This document shows, piece by piece, positions 47,720 through 59,735 of a stretch of DNA of 64,000 nucleotides. The stretch spans positions 800,001 to 864,000 of the forward strand of contig OY762940.1 of assembly GCA_963667255.1 (NCBI GenBank). The letters are read 5' to 3'. Made by a program: the position numbers and the translations under genes. The first letter of the stretch is position 1. Every line of letters begins with the position of its first letter. The notes beneath the pieces are model-generated. The model saw only the letters and a program-made list of their open reading frames with translations, did no database searches and was not told the origin of the DNA. The DNA is from Candidatus Cloacimonadota bacterium (GTDB lineage Bacteria; Cloacimonadota; Cloacimonadia; G963667145).

Positions 47720-48726
47720 AAAAAGTTTTTTTAATTGGGTTGTTGGTTTCTTGTTTATGGGCTTGTTCCGAGGACAAGCAAGAGAGTTTGTCCGATATTC
47801 ACAAAAATGAGGGAATTCCTGTGAAGGTTACGGAAGTAGCTGGTCAGGAGTTTGTGAAAGAGATATATTTTACGGGGAATATGAAAGGCTATAAGCAAAC
47901 GAGCAAGTATAGTCCGATAGATGCGGAGGTCTCTAGTATAGAAGCAAAAGTTGGCGACAAAGTGAAGAGAAACCAAGTAATCATTAGATTTCCCAATGAT
48001 AAGCCATCTGCAAATTTTTTACAGGCAAAATCAGCTTATGAGAATAGCGAGAAAATCTATAACAGAATGGAAAAAGTTTTTGACAAAGGTGGTATATCCA
48101 AGCAGGAGATGGACAATATTTCCACTCAATATCAGGTCGATAGGGCGAACTACAAGTCTGCATCCAAATTGATTGCGATTACCAGTCCGATAGATGGTGT
48201 GGTGACTGCTATGAATGCGAGCCTTACGGACAATATTGCCAAGGAAGATTTTTTGTTTACTGTGTCCGATTTGAGCAAGCTGAAAGTGAAGTTGTCTGCT
48301 TCGGAGGCACAAATAGCACAGATGAAGCAGGGGCAAGAGGTGCGAGCTGTGTGGAATGGCATCACTATTAATGGAAAACTGACGGAATTGTCTATGTCCA
48401 AAGACCCTGTGACGCAAAGTTTTATCTGTTTTGCCGAGTTTGGCAATAGTGATTTGCAGGTGCTTTCTGGTGCGTTGGCGGATATTTATGTTAAGGTAAT
48501 AAATTTGCCCGATGAGAAGGTTGTCTCTTCCAAAATTATCCAAAACGATGATGATGGCGAGTATGTTTACATAGTGGAAAATGGAAAGGCGGAGAAGAGA
48601 TACATCAAGGTGGAGCACCAAAATACTACGGAATCTTGTGTAAGCGGATTGTTGAGTGGGGACAAAGTGATTACTGTCGGATATAATGTTGTTTATGGCG
48701 GTAGCAAAGTTAAATTGGTTGATTAG
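47716..48726 (+). CDS. RND efflux periplasmic adaptor (lipoprotein)
   Basis: LWAC lipobox, ITSPIDGVV, GLLSGDKVITVG. Confidence 0.9.
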   Translation: MKKVFLIGLLVSCLWACSEDKQESLSDIHKNEGIPVKVTEVAGQEFVKEIYFTGNMKGYKQTSKYSPIDAEVSSIEAKVGDKVKRNQVIIRFPNDKPSANFLQAKSAYENSEKIYNRMEKVFDKGGISKQEMDNISTQYQVDRANYKSASKLIAITSPIDGVVTAMNASLTDNIAKEDFLFTVSDLSKLKVKLSASEAQIAQMKQGQEVRAVWNGITINGKLTELSMSKDPVTQSFICFAEFGNSDLQVLSGALADIYVKVINLPDEKVVSSKIIQNDDDGEYVYIVENGKAEKRYIKVEHQNTTESCVSGLLSGDKVITVGYNVVYGGSKVKLVD

Positions 48727-48740
48727 GAAGAGGTAACACG

Positions 48741-51700
48741 ATGTTTTTATCAAATATTTCCATTAAACGCCCGATAATGATGACCATGATTTTGATGGTT
48801 TCGATTATCTTCGGGGCGATAGCTTATTTCGGTTTACCGATGAACCTTTTCCCTGAAGCTGATATCCCGTATGTTACTGTGCAAACTATTTACCCAGGAG
48901 CTGGTCCTCAGGAAGTTGCAAGCGGTGTTTCCGATATTTTGGAAGACGAGATTGCGACAGTTTCCAAGATAGAAGAGTTGAAATCTTTTTCTATGAATAA
49001 TGTGTCTTTGATTATGATAAGGTTTGCTTTGGACAAAGATGTGGATATCGCCAAAGACGAGGTGAAGAGCAAGGTTGATGCTGTGATTAACGAGTTGGCT
49101 GATGGTGTGGAGACTCCTGTAGTTTCCAAGTTTGACCCCACTTCCGAGCCTATTATGCAACTTGTTCTGACCACAGAGAAATTGTCTCCATTGGAGTTAT
49201 ACGATTTGGCTGATGGCAGGATAAAAGACCAATTTAATCAAGTGGAAGGTGTGGCTTCGGTAAATCTCATCGGTGGTGTGGAGCGAGAGATAAAGGTGGA
49301 GATGACACCTAAAGAGTCTAGACAAGACTATTTCACCCCATTGCAACTCGCTCAAGCGTTGGGTCGTGCCAATGTTGATGTGCCGTCCGGTAGTTATAAA
49401 TTGGATGGTCGAGAGATTTCGGTGAAGAGCAAGGGTCTTTTTGAAAGTTTAGACGAATTGTCTCGTTCCAGAGTGGTTACTCCGATAGGTGTGAAACAAA
49501 TTGGGCAGATAGCCACTGTGAGCGAAGGCGAAAAGGAGATGGATACCAAGGCTTTATTCTACGACAATGTGAACAAGAAATTGTATAAGAATGTTGTTAT
49601 GATGGAGATTGTGAAGTCCTCGGAAGGTAATCCCGTGCAGATTGCGAATTTGATTAAAGAGAAAATTGAGTCTTTGAAATCAGAGTTGCCCAATGGGGTT
49701 GACCTGAAAATCGTGAAAAACGAAGCGGAGTTTATAGAAGGTTCGGTAAACGACACCATTAGCACACTTTTCCTTGGTGTAATATTTACGGCACTCGTGC
49801 TTTTGCTTTTCCTTCACGATTTGCGTTCGACTTTGATAGTTGCACTCACGATGCCGGCTTCCTTGATTTCCACTTTTATGGTAATGAATTGGGTTGGATA
49901 TAGCTTGAATGTCTTGTCGCTCATGGGTCTCAGCACTTCCGTGGGGGTTTTGGTCTCCAACTCTGTGGTGGTGATAGAAAACATTTTTAGGCATATGCAC
50001 AGAGGTGATGGGCGAAAGAGTGCCTCTGCTACAGGAACTGCGGAAGTGGTGGTAGCTGTGATGGCTTCCACTCTGACCAATATTGTTGTGTTTGTGCCAA
50101 TAGGAAGTATGGACTCGCTTGTGGGTATTTTCTTTAAGGAGTTTGCTTATACCGTGGTAATCGCCACAGTATTTTCGCTGATTTATTCGTTCACTCTCAC
50201 TCCGATGTTGGCGTCATTGATTTTGCCGGAAAATCAGAAAAAGAGCAGATTGGGAACGGAGATAGAAAGGTTCTTGGACAAGGTTGATATTTGGTATGGC
50301 ACTCTTTTGGAGAAGATTATCCATAATAAGAAGAGAGCTATTATGACTGTCGTTCTGCCGTTTGTCTTCTTGATAATTACTTTCTTTTTTGCCGGATATC
50401 TCGGCTCCAACTTTATTCCTTATATGGATAACGGTCAACTAACTATGGATGTTACGATGCCGGCAGGCTCCAGTATGGAAGTTACGGAGAGAACTTATAT
50501 CGATTTGCAAAAGAGAGTAGCTGCTTTTCCCGAGGTTAAGTTGGTGTTGACCAAAGTGGGTAATCAGGGAGAGATAGACCAGGGTTCGAATATTGGAACT
50601 GCTTTTATTAAGTTGGTTGACAGAGGAGACAGAGATTTGAGTGCACCCGAAGTTTTGTCCAAGATTTCCAGAGAGTTAGCCGATTACCCCGGAGCGGATA
50701 TCTCCATTAATGTGTTTTCTGAGGGAATGGGTGCCGATGTTCAATTTGACTTGCGTGGTCCTGATCAAGAAGTGTTGGCTAAGTATAAAGAAGAGATAAT
50801 GGTAAAGGCACGCAATATCAAGGGGCTTGTGAATTTCAAAAATTCTGTAGGCGATGCCAAACCGCAGGTGGAGTTGAAACCCAAGAGGAAGATGTTGCAA
50901 GAAGCCGATATTGATATTGCGACACTGGGGATTATGGTTAGAGCTTCTCTTGAGGGTTTGACGCCGACACAGTATGACATCAACGGGGACAAATACGATA
51001 TTCGCGTTAAATATTTTGATGAATCGACTGATAATCTGGATAAAATCAAGAACATTCCTATAGTTACCTCCAAGGGTGTGTTTACTTTGTCACAATTGGC
51101 TGAAGTGAGTTTCAAGGAAGTAGCGAATAAGATTATTCACGATAACAGAATCAATTCCATTCAGTTTACTGGTGGTTACGCTGACGGGATGTCTCTGTCG
51201 GATGTAGTGGGCAATGTGAAAGAGATGGTAAATAAATTGGATTTGCCAGCTGAATATACTGTCTCTTGGAGCGGCAATGCCAAAGAGATGCAAAGCACTA
51301 TCTCTGAAATGTTGAAAGCAGGTATTTTGGCAATCGTCCTCACTTATATGTTGTTGGCTGCTATCTTGGAGAGCTTCATTCAGCCTTTATATATTTTGGC
51401 GACTTTACCCTTGGCACTCATCGGAGTTGTTTGGTCTCTTTTGCTTACCGGATTGGGATTTGATATTGTTACTATGATGGCGATGATTATGCTTATTGGT
51501 ATTGTGGTGAATGCGGCGATTTTGCTTTTGGATTATACCAATCAGCTAAAACGGGAAGGTGCGAGTCCCAAAGAAGCTCTCTTGGAAGCATGTCCTACCA
51601 AACTCAGACCTGTGATGATGTCTGCTATAGCTATTATGTTGGGAATGCTCCCGATGGCTCTGGGCATCGGAGATGCAGGTGGCGAGATGAGAATGGGTAT

Positions 51701-51797
51701 GGGTGTAGTGAGTATCGGTGGAATATTGGTTGCTACATTTTTGACACTATTTGTGATACCTGCGATTTACTATTTGTTGTCTCATAGAGTCAGGTAA
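48741..51797 (+). CDS. RND efflux permease (AcrB/AcrD/AcrF family)
   Basis: SIKRPI, YPGAGPQEV, VVVIENIFRH, IGIVVNAAILL and KLRPVMMS motifs. Confidence 0.95.
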   Translation: MFLSNISIKRPIMMTMILMVSIIFGAIAYFGLPMNLFPEADIPYVTVQTIYPGAGPQEVASGVSDILEDEIATVSKIEELKSFSMNNVSLIMIRFALDKDVDIAKDEVKSKVDAVINELADGVETPVVSKFDPTSEPIMQLVLTTEKLSPLELYDLADGRIKDQFNQVEGVASVNLIGGVEREIKVEMTPKESRQDYFTPLQLAQALGRANVDVPSGSYKLDGREISVKSKGLFESLDELSRSRVVTPIGVKQIGQIATVSEGEKEMDTKALFYDNVNKKLYKNVVMMEIVKSSEGNPVQIANLIKEKIESLKSELPNGVDLKIVKNEAEFIEGSVNDTISTLFLGVIFTALVLLLFLHDLRSTLIVALTMPASLISTFMVMNWVGYSLNVLSLMGLSTSVGVLVSNSVVVIENIFRHMHRGDGRKSASATGTAEVVVAVMASTLTNIVVFVPIGSMDSLVGIFFKEFAYTVVIATVFSLIYSFTLTPMLASLILPENQKKSRLGTEIERFLDKVDIWYGTLLEKIIHNKKRAIMTVVLPFVFLIITFFFAGYLGSNFIPYMDNGQLTMDVTMPAGSSMEVTERTYIDLQKRVAAFPEVKLVLTKVGNQGEIDQGSNIGTAFIKLVDRGDRDLSAPEVLSKISRELADYPGADISINVFSEGMGADVQFDLRGPDQEVLAKYKEEIMVKARNIKGLVNFKNSVGDAKPQVELKPKRKMLQEADIDIATLGIMVRASLEGLTPTQYDINGDKYDIRVKYFDESTDNLDKIKNIPIVTSKGVFTLSQLAEVSFKEVANKIIHDNRINSIQFTGGYADGMSLSDVVGNVKEMVNKLDLPAEYTVSWSGNAKEMQSTISEMLKAGILAIVLTYMLLAAILESFIQPLYILATLPLALIGVVWSLLLTGLGFDIVTMMAMIMLIGIVVNAAILLLDYTNQLKREGASPKEALLEACPTKLRPVMMSAIAIMLGMLPMALGIGDAGGEMRMGMGVVSIGGILVATFLTLFVIPAIYYLLSHRVR

Positions 51798-51883
51798 TAG
51801 TGAGCGGTTTATCGGAGGCTATGAAAAAAGGTTGACATAAAGAGAGTGCCTAATTTACTTGGCACAGTATTGATTTTATATTT

Positions 51884-51943
51884 AATGAAACTTTGTAAAA
51901 TTCGGTTCGAAAAACGGACTGCTTTGCAAAGTTTCATTTGTTA
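51884..51943 (+). promoter_or_regulatory. Long hairpin in the nusA leader
   Basis: AATGAAACTTTGTAAA / TTTGCAAAGTTTCATT 16-bp stem (one G-U), downstream of TTGACA at 51832. Confidence 0.45.
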
Positions 51944-51945
51944 AT

Positions 51946-53178
51946 ATGGAGAAGATTATGAGTATGATATCTATTATAAACGAGTTGGCTAACCTAAAGC
52001 AGCTCGACAGAGACGACCTTTTTGTGGTTTTGAAGGAAAGCTTGTATGCCGCTATTTCCAAGAGGTTGAAACGACCTGCTTCATTGGAAATCGTTGTTGA
52101 CCAGAGCAAAAACGAAGTTTATGCGAAAGTGAATAAGGAAGTGGTGGAGAACGACATCTATTTTGATGAAATTTCTTTGGAAGACGCTCAATTGAGTAAA
52201 TCGAAAGTCAAAATTGGCGACAATTTGGATTGCATCGTTATGGTTTCCGAGTTTGAGCCCAAAACTATCAAGACTGCCAAAAAGATGATACAAGATAGGA
52301 TAAAAGAGCTTGAAAACGATAGAGTTATGTTTGATTATAACAAGCAGAAAAATCAGGTTGTTACGGGGAAAATCAGAGAGCTCAAATTTAACGATTACAT
52401 AGTGGATATCGGTTATACGGATGCGATTTTGCCGGCTGACGAGCAAATCTCCAGTGAATATTACAGAGTTGGGAATATTGTGCAAGCCTATATTGTGGAT
52501 GTGCGTAAGATTCGTAATAGAGTGCGAATTGTCCTCTCCAGAACTCATCCTGAGTATATCAAGAAGCTTTTGGAAAATGAGGTTCCGGAAGTAGCCAGTG
52601 GAGAGGTGGAGGTTAAGAAAATCGTGCGTGACCCGGGCGTGGAGACCAAGATTGCTCTTTACGCAGAAAATCCGAATATCGACCCTGTCAGCTCTTGCTA
52701 TGGACCAAAAGGTTTGCGGATAAAAGAGATTTGCAAAAATCTTGGGGACGAGAGCATTAGCTTGGTTTACTGGAGTGACAATTTGGAGCAGTTTATTGCC
52801 AACGCCGTCGGTATAGATTTTGTGGAAAAGGTTTACTTGGCGGAGCACGGTAAGTTTGCTCGGATAATAACAAATCAAAAAAACAAGGCAATTGGCAAGG
52901 GTGGTATCAATGTGAAACTTGCTGCAAAATTGACTGGTTACAAGATTGACATTTTCACTCAAGAAGAGTTCCAATCTCAATTGGAGAAGGAGCGTAGAGT
53001 TGTCAGCCATATAGACGATTTGGATGGAATTACGGATAGAGCTTTGGAAGTGCTGAAAAGCAACGGATACACTTCTGTGGAAGATATTTACAGGGCGTCT
53101 GTCGAGGAACTTTCCAATTTGCCGGGTATTGGCTTGAAGATGATAGAAAAGTTGAAAACTTCTGCAGAGAATTTTTGA
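51946..53178 (+). CDS. nusA: Transcription factor NusA
   Basis: S1/KH domains, LSRTHP, AIGKGGINVKLAAKLTGYKIDI; start may be 51958. Confidence 0.96.
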   Translation: MEKIMSMISIINELANLKQLDRDDLFVVLKESLYAAISKRLKRPASLEIVVDQSKNEVYAKVNKEVVENDIYFDEISLEDAQLSKSKVKIGDNLDCIVMVSEFEPKTIKTAKKMIQDRIKELENDRVMFDYNKQKNQVVTGKIRELKFNDYIVDIGYTDAILPADEQISSEYYRVGNIVQAYIVDVRKIRNRVRIVLSRTHPEYIKKLLENEVPEVASGEVEVKKIVRDPGVETKIALYAENPNIDPVSSCYGPKGLRIKEICKNLGDESISLVYWSDNLEQFIANAVGIDFVEKVYLAEHGKFARIITNQKNKAIGKGGINVKLAAKLTGYKIDIFTQEEFQSQLEKERRVVSHIDDLDGITDRALEVLKSNGYTSVEDIYRASVEELSNLPGIGLKMIEKLKTSAENF

Positions 53179-53187
53179 TATTGAGTT

Positions 53188-53388
53188 GTGAAGATAAAGC
53201 ACTTGAGAATATGTGTGGTGTGCAGAAAGAGATTTGAGCAGGACGATTTGTTGCGATTTGTTTTGATAGACGGAAGACCTGTTTTTGATTTTAAAAGAAA
53301 ATTTTTCGGCAGAGGAAGATATGTTTGTCCTGATTGTATCGCTCTGTTGGAGAAGAAAATAAAGAAGTTTTGTGCTGTCGAGAGATGA
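53188..53388 (+). CDS. ylxR: YlxR/RnpM (DUF448) family protein
   Basis: RICVVCR...LLRFV...GRGRYVC; lies between nusA and infB. Confidence 0.85.
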   Translation: MKIKHLRICVVCRKRFEQDDLLRFVLIDGRPVFDFKRKFFGRGRYVCPDCIALLEKKIKKFCAVER

Positions 53389-53404
53389 TAGCGATGGAGG
53401 AGTT

Positions 53405-55768
53405 TTGAGTATTAAAGTAAAAGATTTGGCCAAGGAAATGAAAATTGCCTCAGGTGCGTTGAAATCTTATTTGAAGATTGTCGGTGTTGAGGTGAAAAAT
53501 CATTTGAGTGTGGTTAGCGAGGAAGATGCTCAGAAAGTTAAGCAATTCGTGAAAAAGCATATGAGTAAGGTGCAAGATACTCATCGTAAGACTAAAAAAA
53601 TTCATCAGCAAGATGAGAGTAGTCAGCGTTCTTCTTCTTCTTCTTCTACAGAGCACAAAAAGAGAAATTCTAACGAAAATCGTGGTAAACCTTTTGGGCA
53701 ATGGAGTTCTTCAGGAGAGTTGGACAGGAGCAAATCTTCCGGTGGATATAGTGCGAAGCCCGATAATGAGAAGAAAAATACTGCAAGTGCTAGTGGCAAT
53801 GTGAGTGTTGATAACGATGTTTACAAGAGCAAATCCCAAAAGAAGAGAGTTTTCAAAGATAATAAAACTAATACAGGTGGTAACACCAGTTTTAATAAGG
53901 CGAAAAAGAAGAAAAAAGATGAAGAAGTAGTTAAAAATATTAAACAGATTTTGGTTGGTCCTGGCAAGAAAAAGAAATATAAAAAAGAGTCCAAGATTGT
54001 TGATGGTGATAACTTAAAGATTGTTGTCAGTGAATTTACTTCCGTTGGCGAACTCTCTAAACTGATGGATGTCGACCCGTCGGAAATTGTTTCTCATTTG
54101 TTCAAGCAAGGTCAGATGGTGACGATTAATCAGAGGTTGGACAAGGACACTTTGGAATTTATCTGTTCGGAATTTAACTTTGAGGTTGAATTTGAAGAAG
54201 AGTTCGGTGCTCAGTTTTTGGAGGATGAGACAGCTGTAGAATCTGCTGATGTTCCTCTTATTTCTAGACCTCCGATTGTTACAGTGATGGGTCATGTTGA
54301 CCATGGGAAAACCTCCATTTTGGATTACATCAGGAATACCAAAGTTACCGCTGGTGAGTCGGGAGGCATCACTCAACATATTGGAGCGTATCAGGTAAAG
54401 TCGAAGAAGGGGCTGATTACTTTTTTGGATACTCCGGGGCATGAGGCTTTCACGGCGATGCGTGCCAGAGGAGCGAATGTTACCGATGTAGCGATTATTG
54501 TTGTTGCTGCCAACGATGGGGTGAAACCGCAAACTATTGAGGCTATCGACCACGCTAGAGCTGCCGGAGTGGACATTGTTGTCGCTGTGAACAAGATTGA
54601 TTTGCCCGAAGCGAATTTGGACAAGACTATCAATGATTTGGCAACACAAAATATATTTTTGGAAGGCTATGGTGGCGATGTTGTTTGGGTAGCTTGCTCA
54701 GCAAAATCTGGTAAAGGAATTGATGACCTTTTGGATTCCGTGGTTTTGGTTGCTCAGATGAAGGAACTGAAAGCGAAAGTGGATTGCAACGCTAAAGGTG
54801 TAGTGATTGAGGCTCAAAAAGATCAACAAGTTGGGACTAAAACGACTGTTTTGATACAAGAAGGGACGCTGAATAAGGGCGACATTATTGTTTGTGGTTC
54901 TACTTTCGGCAGGATTAGGAAGATGGAAAATGAGAGTGGGGAAGAGTTGAAAACCCTTCAACCTTCTGGAGTAGCTGTTATTTATGGACTGAAAGAGGTA
55001 AGTAAAGCAGGCGATGTTCTCAACAAAATGGAGAGCGAGAAACTGGCTTATCAAATCGCTCAGGAAAGGTTCAATGTTCGTAAAAAGCAAAAGAGTTTTA
55101 TGACTCACACCAATACGGACAACCTGTTCAAGCGGATTAATCAGGAAAATTCGAATAAGATTAATATTTTGCTCAAGGCTGACAGTGACGGCTCTATTGA
55201 GGCTCTGAAAGACTCTTTCCAAAAATTGTCCAATGATGAAGTGGGAGTAAAGATTATTCACGCTGCTGTCGGTGGTGTTTTGGAGTCGGATGTCTCGTTG
55301 GCTGCTGCTTCCGATGCTACGATTGTGGGATTTCATGTTCGTGCTGGAAATGATGCCAAAGCTATGGCTGACAACGACAATGTGCATATCAGGCTTTATT
55401 CTATCATCTACGATGCGATTGACGATTTGAAAGATGCTATGTCAGGGATGTTGTCGCCGGAGATTGTCGAAATTGCCGGAGGAATGGCAAGGCTGAAGAA
55501 GGTTTTCAAAATCAAGGGAGTTGGCTCTATTGCTGGCTGTATAGTGGAAAAGGGCGTGATTAGGTCGGACGCTTTGGTCAGATTGTATCGTGATAATATT
55601 CAGATTTATGAGGGGCAATTGTCCAGTCTGAAGCACTATAAGGACGAGGTCAAGGAAGTGAAGTCGGGGACAGATTGCGGACTCAGCATTGAGGGATTTA
55701 ACGACATCAAAGAGGGCGATGTTATTGAGACATTCTCCAAGGAAGAAAAAGCTCGTCGGATAGATTAG
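53405..55768 (+). CDS. infB: Translation initiation factor IF-2
   Basis: [21 protein letters not shown]; probable TTG start at 53405 after GGAGG. Confidence 0.97.
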   Translation: MSIKVKDLAKEMKIASGALKSYLKIVGVEVKNHLSVVSEEDAQKVKQFVKKHMSKVQDTHRKTKKIHQQDESSQRSSSSSSTEHKKRNSNENRGKPFGQWSSSGELDRSKSSGGYSAKPDNEKKNTASASGNVSVDNDVYKSKSQKKRVFKDNKTNTGGNTSFNKAKKKKKDEEVVKNIKQILVGPGKKKKYKKESKIVDGDNLKIVVSEFTSVGELSKLMDVDPSEIVSHLFKQGQMVTINQRLDKDTLEFICSEFNFEVEFEEEFGAQFLEDETAVESADVPLISRPPIVTVMGHVDHGKTSILDYIRNTKVTAGESGGITQHIGAYQVKSKKGLITFLDTPGHEAFTAMRARGANVTDVAIIVVAANDGVKPQTIEAIDHARAAGVDIVVAVNKIDLPEANLDKTINDLATQNIFLEGYGGDVVWVACSAKSGKGIDDLLDSVVLVAQMKELKAKVDCNAKGVVIEAQKDQQVGTKTTVLIQEGTLNKGDIIVCGSTFGRIRKMENESGEELKTLQPSGVAVIYGLKEVSKAGDVLNKMESEKLAYQIAQERFNVRKKQKSFMTHTNTDNLFKRINQENSNKINILLKADSDGSIEALKDSFQKLSNDEVGVKIIHAAVGGVLESDVSLAAASDATIVGFHVRAGNDAKAMADNDNVHIRLYSIIYDAIDDLKDAMSGMLSPEIVEIAGGMARLKKVFKIKGVGSIAGCIVEKGVIRSDALVRLYRDNIQIYEGQLSSLKHYKDEVKEVKSGTDCGLSIEGFNDIKEGDVIETFSKEEKARRID

Positions 55769-55942
55769 GGTTTATATTTAAGAACTAATTTATAAAATTT
55801 ATTTTGTCAAAATAGGTTATTATTAGAAAAGTTAAAACCTATTATAAACTTGTCTTGAAGCTATTTTTTATTGGATTACCGAATTTTATTTGACTAAATA
55901 TAGGTTTTCGTTACTTGTTGCTGAAGAGGGGAATTATAATAA

Positions 55943-58900
55943 ATGAAAATTGACTTAAAGATAAAATTAGCCGTTATTTTTAAAATATTGGGGAGCGTGC
56001 ATTTAATTGGGTCTAATTTCCACTCCTTTTGAATAATTATTGAACCAAATTTTCAAAAAATGATTCATATTTTTTTCAGATTTAAATCCGTCTAAATTTT
56101 TTAATTTCCTATTCAATTGTCGATTAATATTTTCAATTTTATTTGTTGTTTTATCCAAAAAATCGTAATGAAAATGAGCAGTTAATAAACCAAAGTTTCG
56201 ATTAATTGATTTAATAAAACGCTTATGAATTTTTAGGCGAAAAAATTTTTCATAGTGATTAAGCGAACTTAAATTATTTTCAGCTTCTTGTAAAGTTTCA
56301 GCATTTAAAATGCTCTTAATCAAGTTCTTAAAGAAAATATTTCGTCTAAAAAACTTACTCTTTTTTGTTTTAGGAACATTGATATTAACGCTTCTTAAAT
56401 AATGAACCAAGCAAATTTGATGTGGAACATCTTCAAAAAGTTGGTTAACTGGCTTAACAAAGCACTTCCCTCGCCCAAAATCTGACACAATCCCAATTAT
56501 TTTGTTGTCATACATTTTTTTTAGTCTATTCAAAAAGTCTTCAGATGAACTACTATGTTCTCTATCATAAATCTTGTAATATATTGGTTTATCAAGTAGT
56601 TTGCTACTGGCGACTAAGACAACTTTTCGCTTACCGTTTATCTTAATTTCCTTGCCATCAATATAAATTGTTGTCTCATCTATATTGCTGTGTAACACAT
56701 TATCCTGATATAAATTAGCTCGCTGAGGTATCCAATTAAGAATACTATTTTTACAAATCCCATGTCTTTTAGCAACTTCAGAAAGAGAACTTTTGGTTGA
56801 AATATAGTCAGTAACAACCTTATCTTTGAATTTTGGTGCAAAATGAGTTCTCTTATTATATCCAAAATTGGTAAAACTTATTTGGCAATCTTTACAATAA
56901 AATCGTTGAGTTTTGACTTTAATTTTCCCACGATTAGTTGTTCTTTCAGAGAAAATATATCCCTTCTTTTTTGTGTTTAAGCTATCACAATTTGGACAGC
57001 GTTTTTTTTGATTATACTCATGGCATTTTAATAAATGTTCATAACTTATTCTGTCAAACATAATTAGGTCTTATTTCAGACCCAGTTATTTGCACACTCC
57101 CAAATATTGCTTTTACTACTTTTTACTTCAGAGTATAATAGTTCACTATTTTATCCTTTTGTTTCTGCATTTCTAAAAAATTGTACAAATCCTTGGCAGT
57201 ATTATTTAGATAACAATTTATTATTAGATGCCTTCCCTTATCATTCTTTAATGCTGTATATTTTATACCCTTTTGCAAAATTATCAAATTACTTCGGATT
57301 GAATTTGTTTTTCAAATTGCCTTTGTTACTTGCAGATGTATCTATTTTTTATATTTTGAAAAAATTGTTTCCACTTAAAGAAAAGAAAATTTTTATTTTC
57401 TACTTTATTAATCCAATAGTTTTATATGCTATTTATATTTATTCCCAGTTAGACATAATCCCCATGGCTTTGTTTATGTTTGGGGTTCTTTATTTAATTA
57501 ATAAAAAATATATTGTTTCTTCAATTTTTGTAGGATTAGCACTTTCAACAAAATTTCATATAATTGTGGCAGTTCCGTTAATTTTATTTTACCTATATAA
57601 GCGTGAGAACATTAAAGTTAGCATAAAGTATCTTTTCATAAGTATCTTTCTTTTTCTTTTTTTAGATTTCCCTTTTTTGCTTAGTGATGGTTTTTATCAA
57701 ATGGTGATTTTGTCTCCCAAACAATCTCTTTTGTTTGATTCTTTTTATAAGATTGGGGAATTAAAATTATTTTTACCAGTAGCTGCGATTTTATCTGTTT
57801 ACTTGCATTTTTTTAATCAAAAAAAAGTTAATCAAGATTTTCTCTATTTTTATTTTGGATTACTTTTTGTTACTACTATATTTTTTGTATTTCCTGCTCC
57901 TGCTTGGTATGTTTGGAGCATACCTTTTATTTCTATATTTTTTATAGTTAACAAAGATGTGAAAAAATCGACTCTATTATATATTATTTTTTCATTTTCG
58001 TATTTAATTTTCTTCGTTTTCTTTTATGATAGTGAATATAAAGATATTATTTTTTGTGGAAAGGAAATAAATTTTAAAATTTTAAATGAAAGATTGGTTA
58101 ATTTGTCATTTACCGTCTTAGAAATGGTTTTGATATCCATAACATATGTTTTTTATAAATTTGGAATAAAAAGTAATTCACTTTATGGTAATTTTTCTAA
58201 TTTTACGATTGGCATTGGAGGAGACAGTGGTGCTGGCAAAACAAATCTTTTAAATAATCTTAAATCTATTTTAGGTAACAGGCTGTTAAAGTTAGAAGGA
58301 GATGGAGAACATAAATGGGATAGAGATGATAAAAATTGGGATAATTTTACTCATTTGAACCCCAAAGCAAATTATATTTATCGTCAGGCCGATATCATAA
58401 ATACTTTAAAAAACAATAAAGCAGTTAACAGAAGTAAATATGATCACACAAGTGGAGAGTTCACTTCTCCTCAAAAAGTATCTCCAAAAGATTTTATTGC
58501 AATTGCCGGATTACATCCATTTTATTTACCTAAGATCAGAAAAAATATTGATTTGAAGATATTTATTGAAACAGATGAAAAATTAAGAAGGCATTGGAAA
58601 ATATTAAGAGATATGCAAACAAGAGGTTATAATTTTGAGAAAATAGTTGAACAAATTGAGAACAGAATGGGAGATGCTAAAAAATATATTTATCCTCAAA
58701 AAGAGTTTGCTGATATTATCGTTAAATTTTTCCCAATCAATGAATTTCAACTTGGAGATATTGATGAAGAAATTTTTCTTGGTTTAAAAATTATTTTTGA
58801 TGCTAATATTCATATAGAAGATATTTTAAGTAAGTTGGATTGTAAATTTGATTGGGATTATAATGAAAATCTTAAATCTCAATATATTTTGTTAAAATCA

Positions 58901-59065
58901 ATCCCTTCTGTTAATTTTGAAATTATTGCTAGAGAAACTATTGAAAATATTGAAGAGTTAATTTCAAACAAAATAGAGTTTGCTTCTGGATATTATGGAT
59001 TTTTACAGTTAATTTTATTAAAAATGATAAGCGAAAAGTTAAAGGAAGAAAGTGCTAAAATATAA
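55943..59065 (+). pseudogene. GT-C-type membrane glycosyltransferase fused to a phosphoribulokinase-like kinase; interrupted by IS256 after codon 16 (remainder 57107-59065 open)
   Basis: ATG 55943 MKIDLKIKLAVIFKIL joins in frame to LLLLFTSEY. N-half is multi-TM (FKLPLLLAD, INP...SQLDIIP, STKF). C-half has GDSGAGKT, LNPKAN, YDH..G.F..P, GLHPFY, WKILRDMQTRG and YIYPQKEFAD. Confidence 0.75.
55991..57101 (-). mobile_element. IS256-family insertion sequence, copy 2 (transposase 56003-57061)
   Basis: Same IRs and 1111-bp length as copy 1; 8-bp TSD AAATATTG (55983-55990, 57102-57109); one aa difference (T/I). Confidence 0.92.
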
Positions 59066-59735
59066 AGGTTTGCTTTTAGATATAGACAATACTCTTTATA
59101 ATTATAATTTTTCTCATGAAAAAGCTATTAAATCTGTTTTTGAGTTTTGTTTTAAGACTTTCAATCTTGATAAGTTTCAACTAAAAACTGCTTATATATT
59201 TGCTCGGGGGAAAGTGCGAATTGAATTGGCTTCTACAGCTTCATCTCATAATAGATTATTATACTTCCAAAAAATGTTGGAGATTTTAAATCTGAACCCT
59301 CTAAAATATAGTTTAGAATTATATAATATTTATTGGGATAATTTTTTAGAAAACATTTTTCTTTTTGATGGAGTAAAAGAATTGTTTTCTAAATACAACC
59401 AAAAGATTTGTTTAGTAACAGATCTTACGGCTCATATTCAGCATAGTAAAGTTCAAAAGTTTTCTTTAGATAATTATTGTGATTTAATAGTAACTAGTGA
59501 AGAAGTAGGTCATGAAAAACCACATCCTTACATTTTTATGAGAGCCTTACAAAAATTGGGATTAACTGCCAAAAATGTTTGTATGATAGGAGATAATTTT
59601 GAAAAAGATGTTATGGGTGCAAATGATTTAGGAATAGATTCTGTTTGGTGTAATCATGAAAATAAAAAGCATGATTATAAAGGCTTAAATATTACAGAAG
59701 TAAAATCATTTAAAGAGATTTTGGAATTGGTATGA
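59052..59735 (+). CDS. HAD-superfamily hydrolase/phosphatase
   Basis: DIDNTLY, SEEVGHEKP and MIGDNFEKDVMGA motifs. Confidence 0.9.
   Translation: MLKYKGLLLDIDNTLYNYNFSHEKAIKSVFEFCFKTFNLDKFQLKTAYIFARGKVRIELASTASSHNRLLYFQKMLEILNLNPLKYSLELYNIYWDNFLENIFLFDGVKELFSKYNQKICLVTDLTAHIQHSKVQKFSLDNYCDLIVTSEEVGHEKPHPYIFMRALQKLGLTAKNVCMIGDNFEKDVMGANDLGIDSVWCNHENKKHDYKGLNITEVKSFKEILELV

Noticed and set aside
51895..51932. c-di-GMP-I riboswitch resemblance upstream of nusA
   Set aside because: Lacks the GGCAAA and GACGCAAA core and the second stem
58200..59065. PRK domain as evidence of a Calvin cycle
   Set aside because: Fused to a membrane transferase in a glycosylation-type context; no RuBisCO or cbb genes in the window
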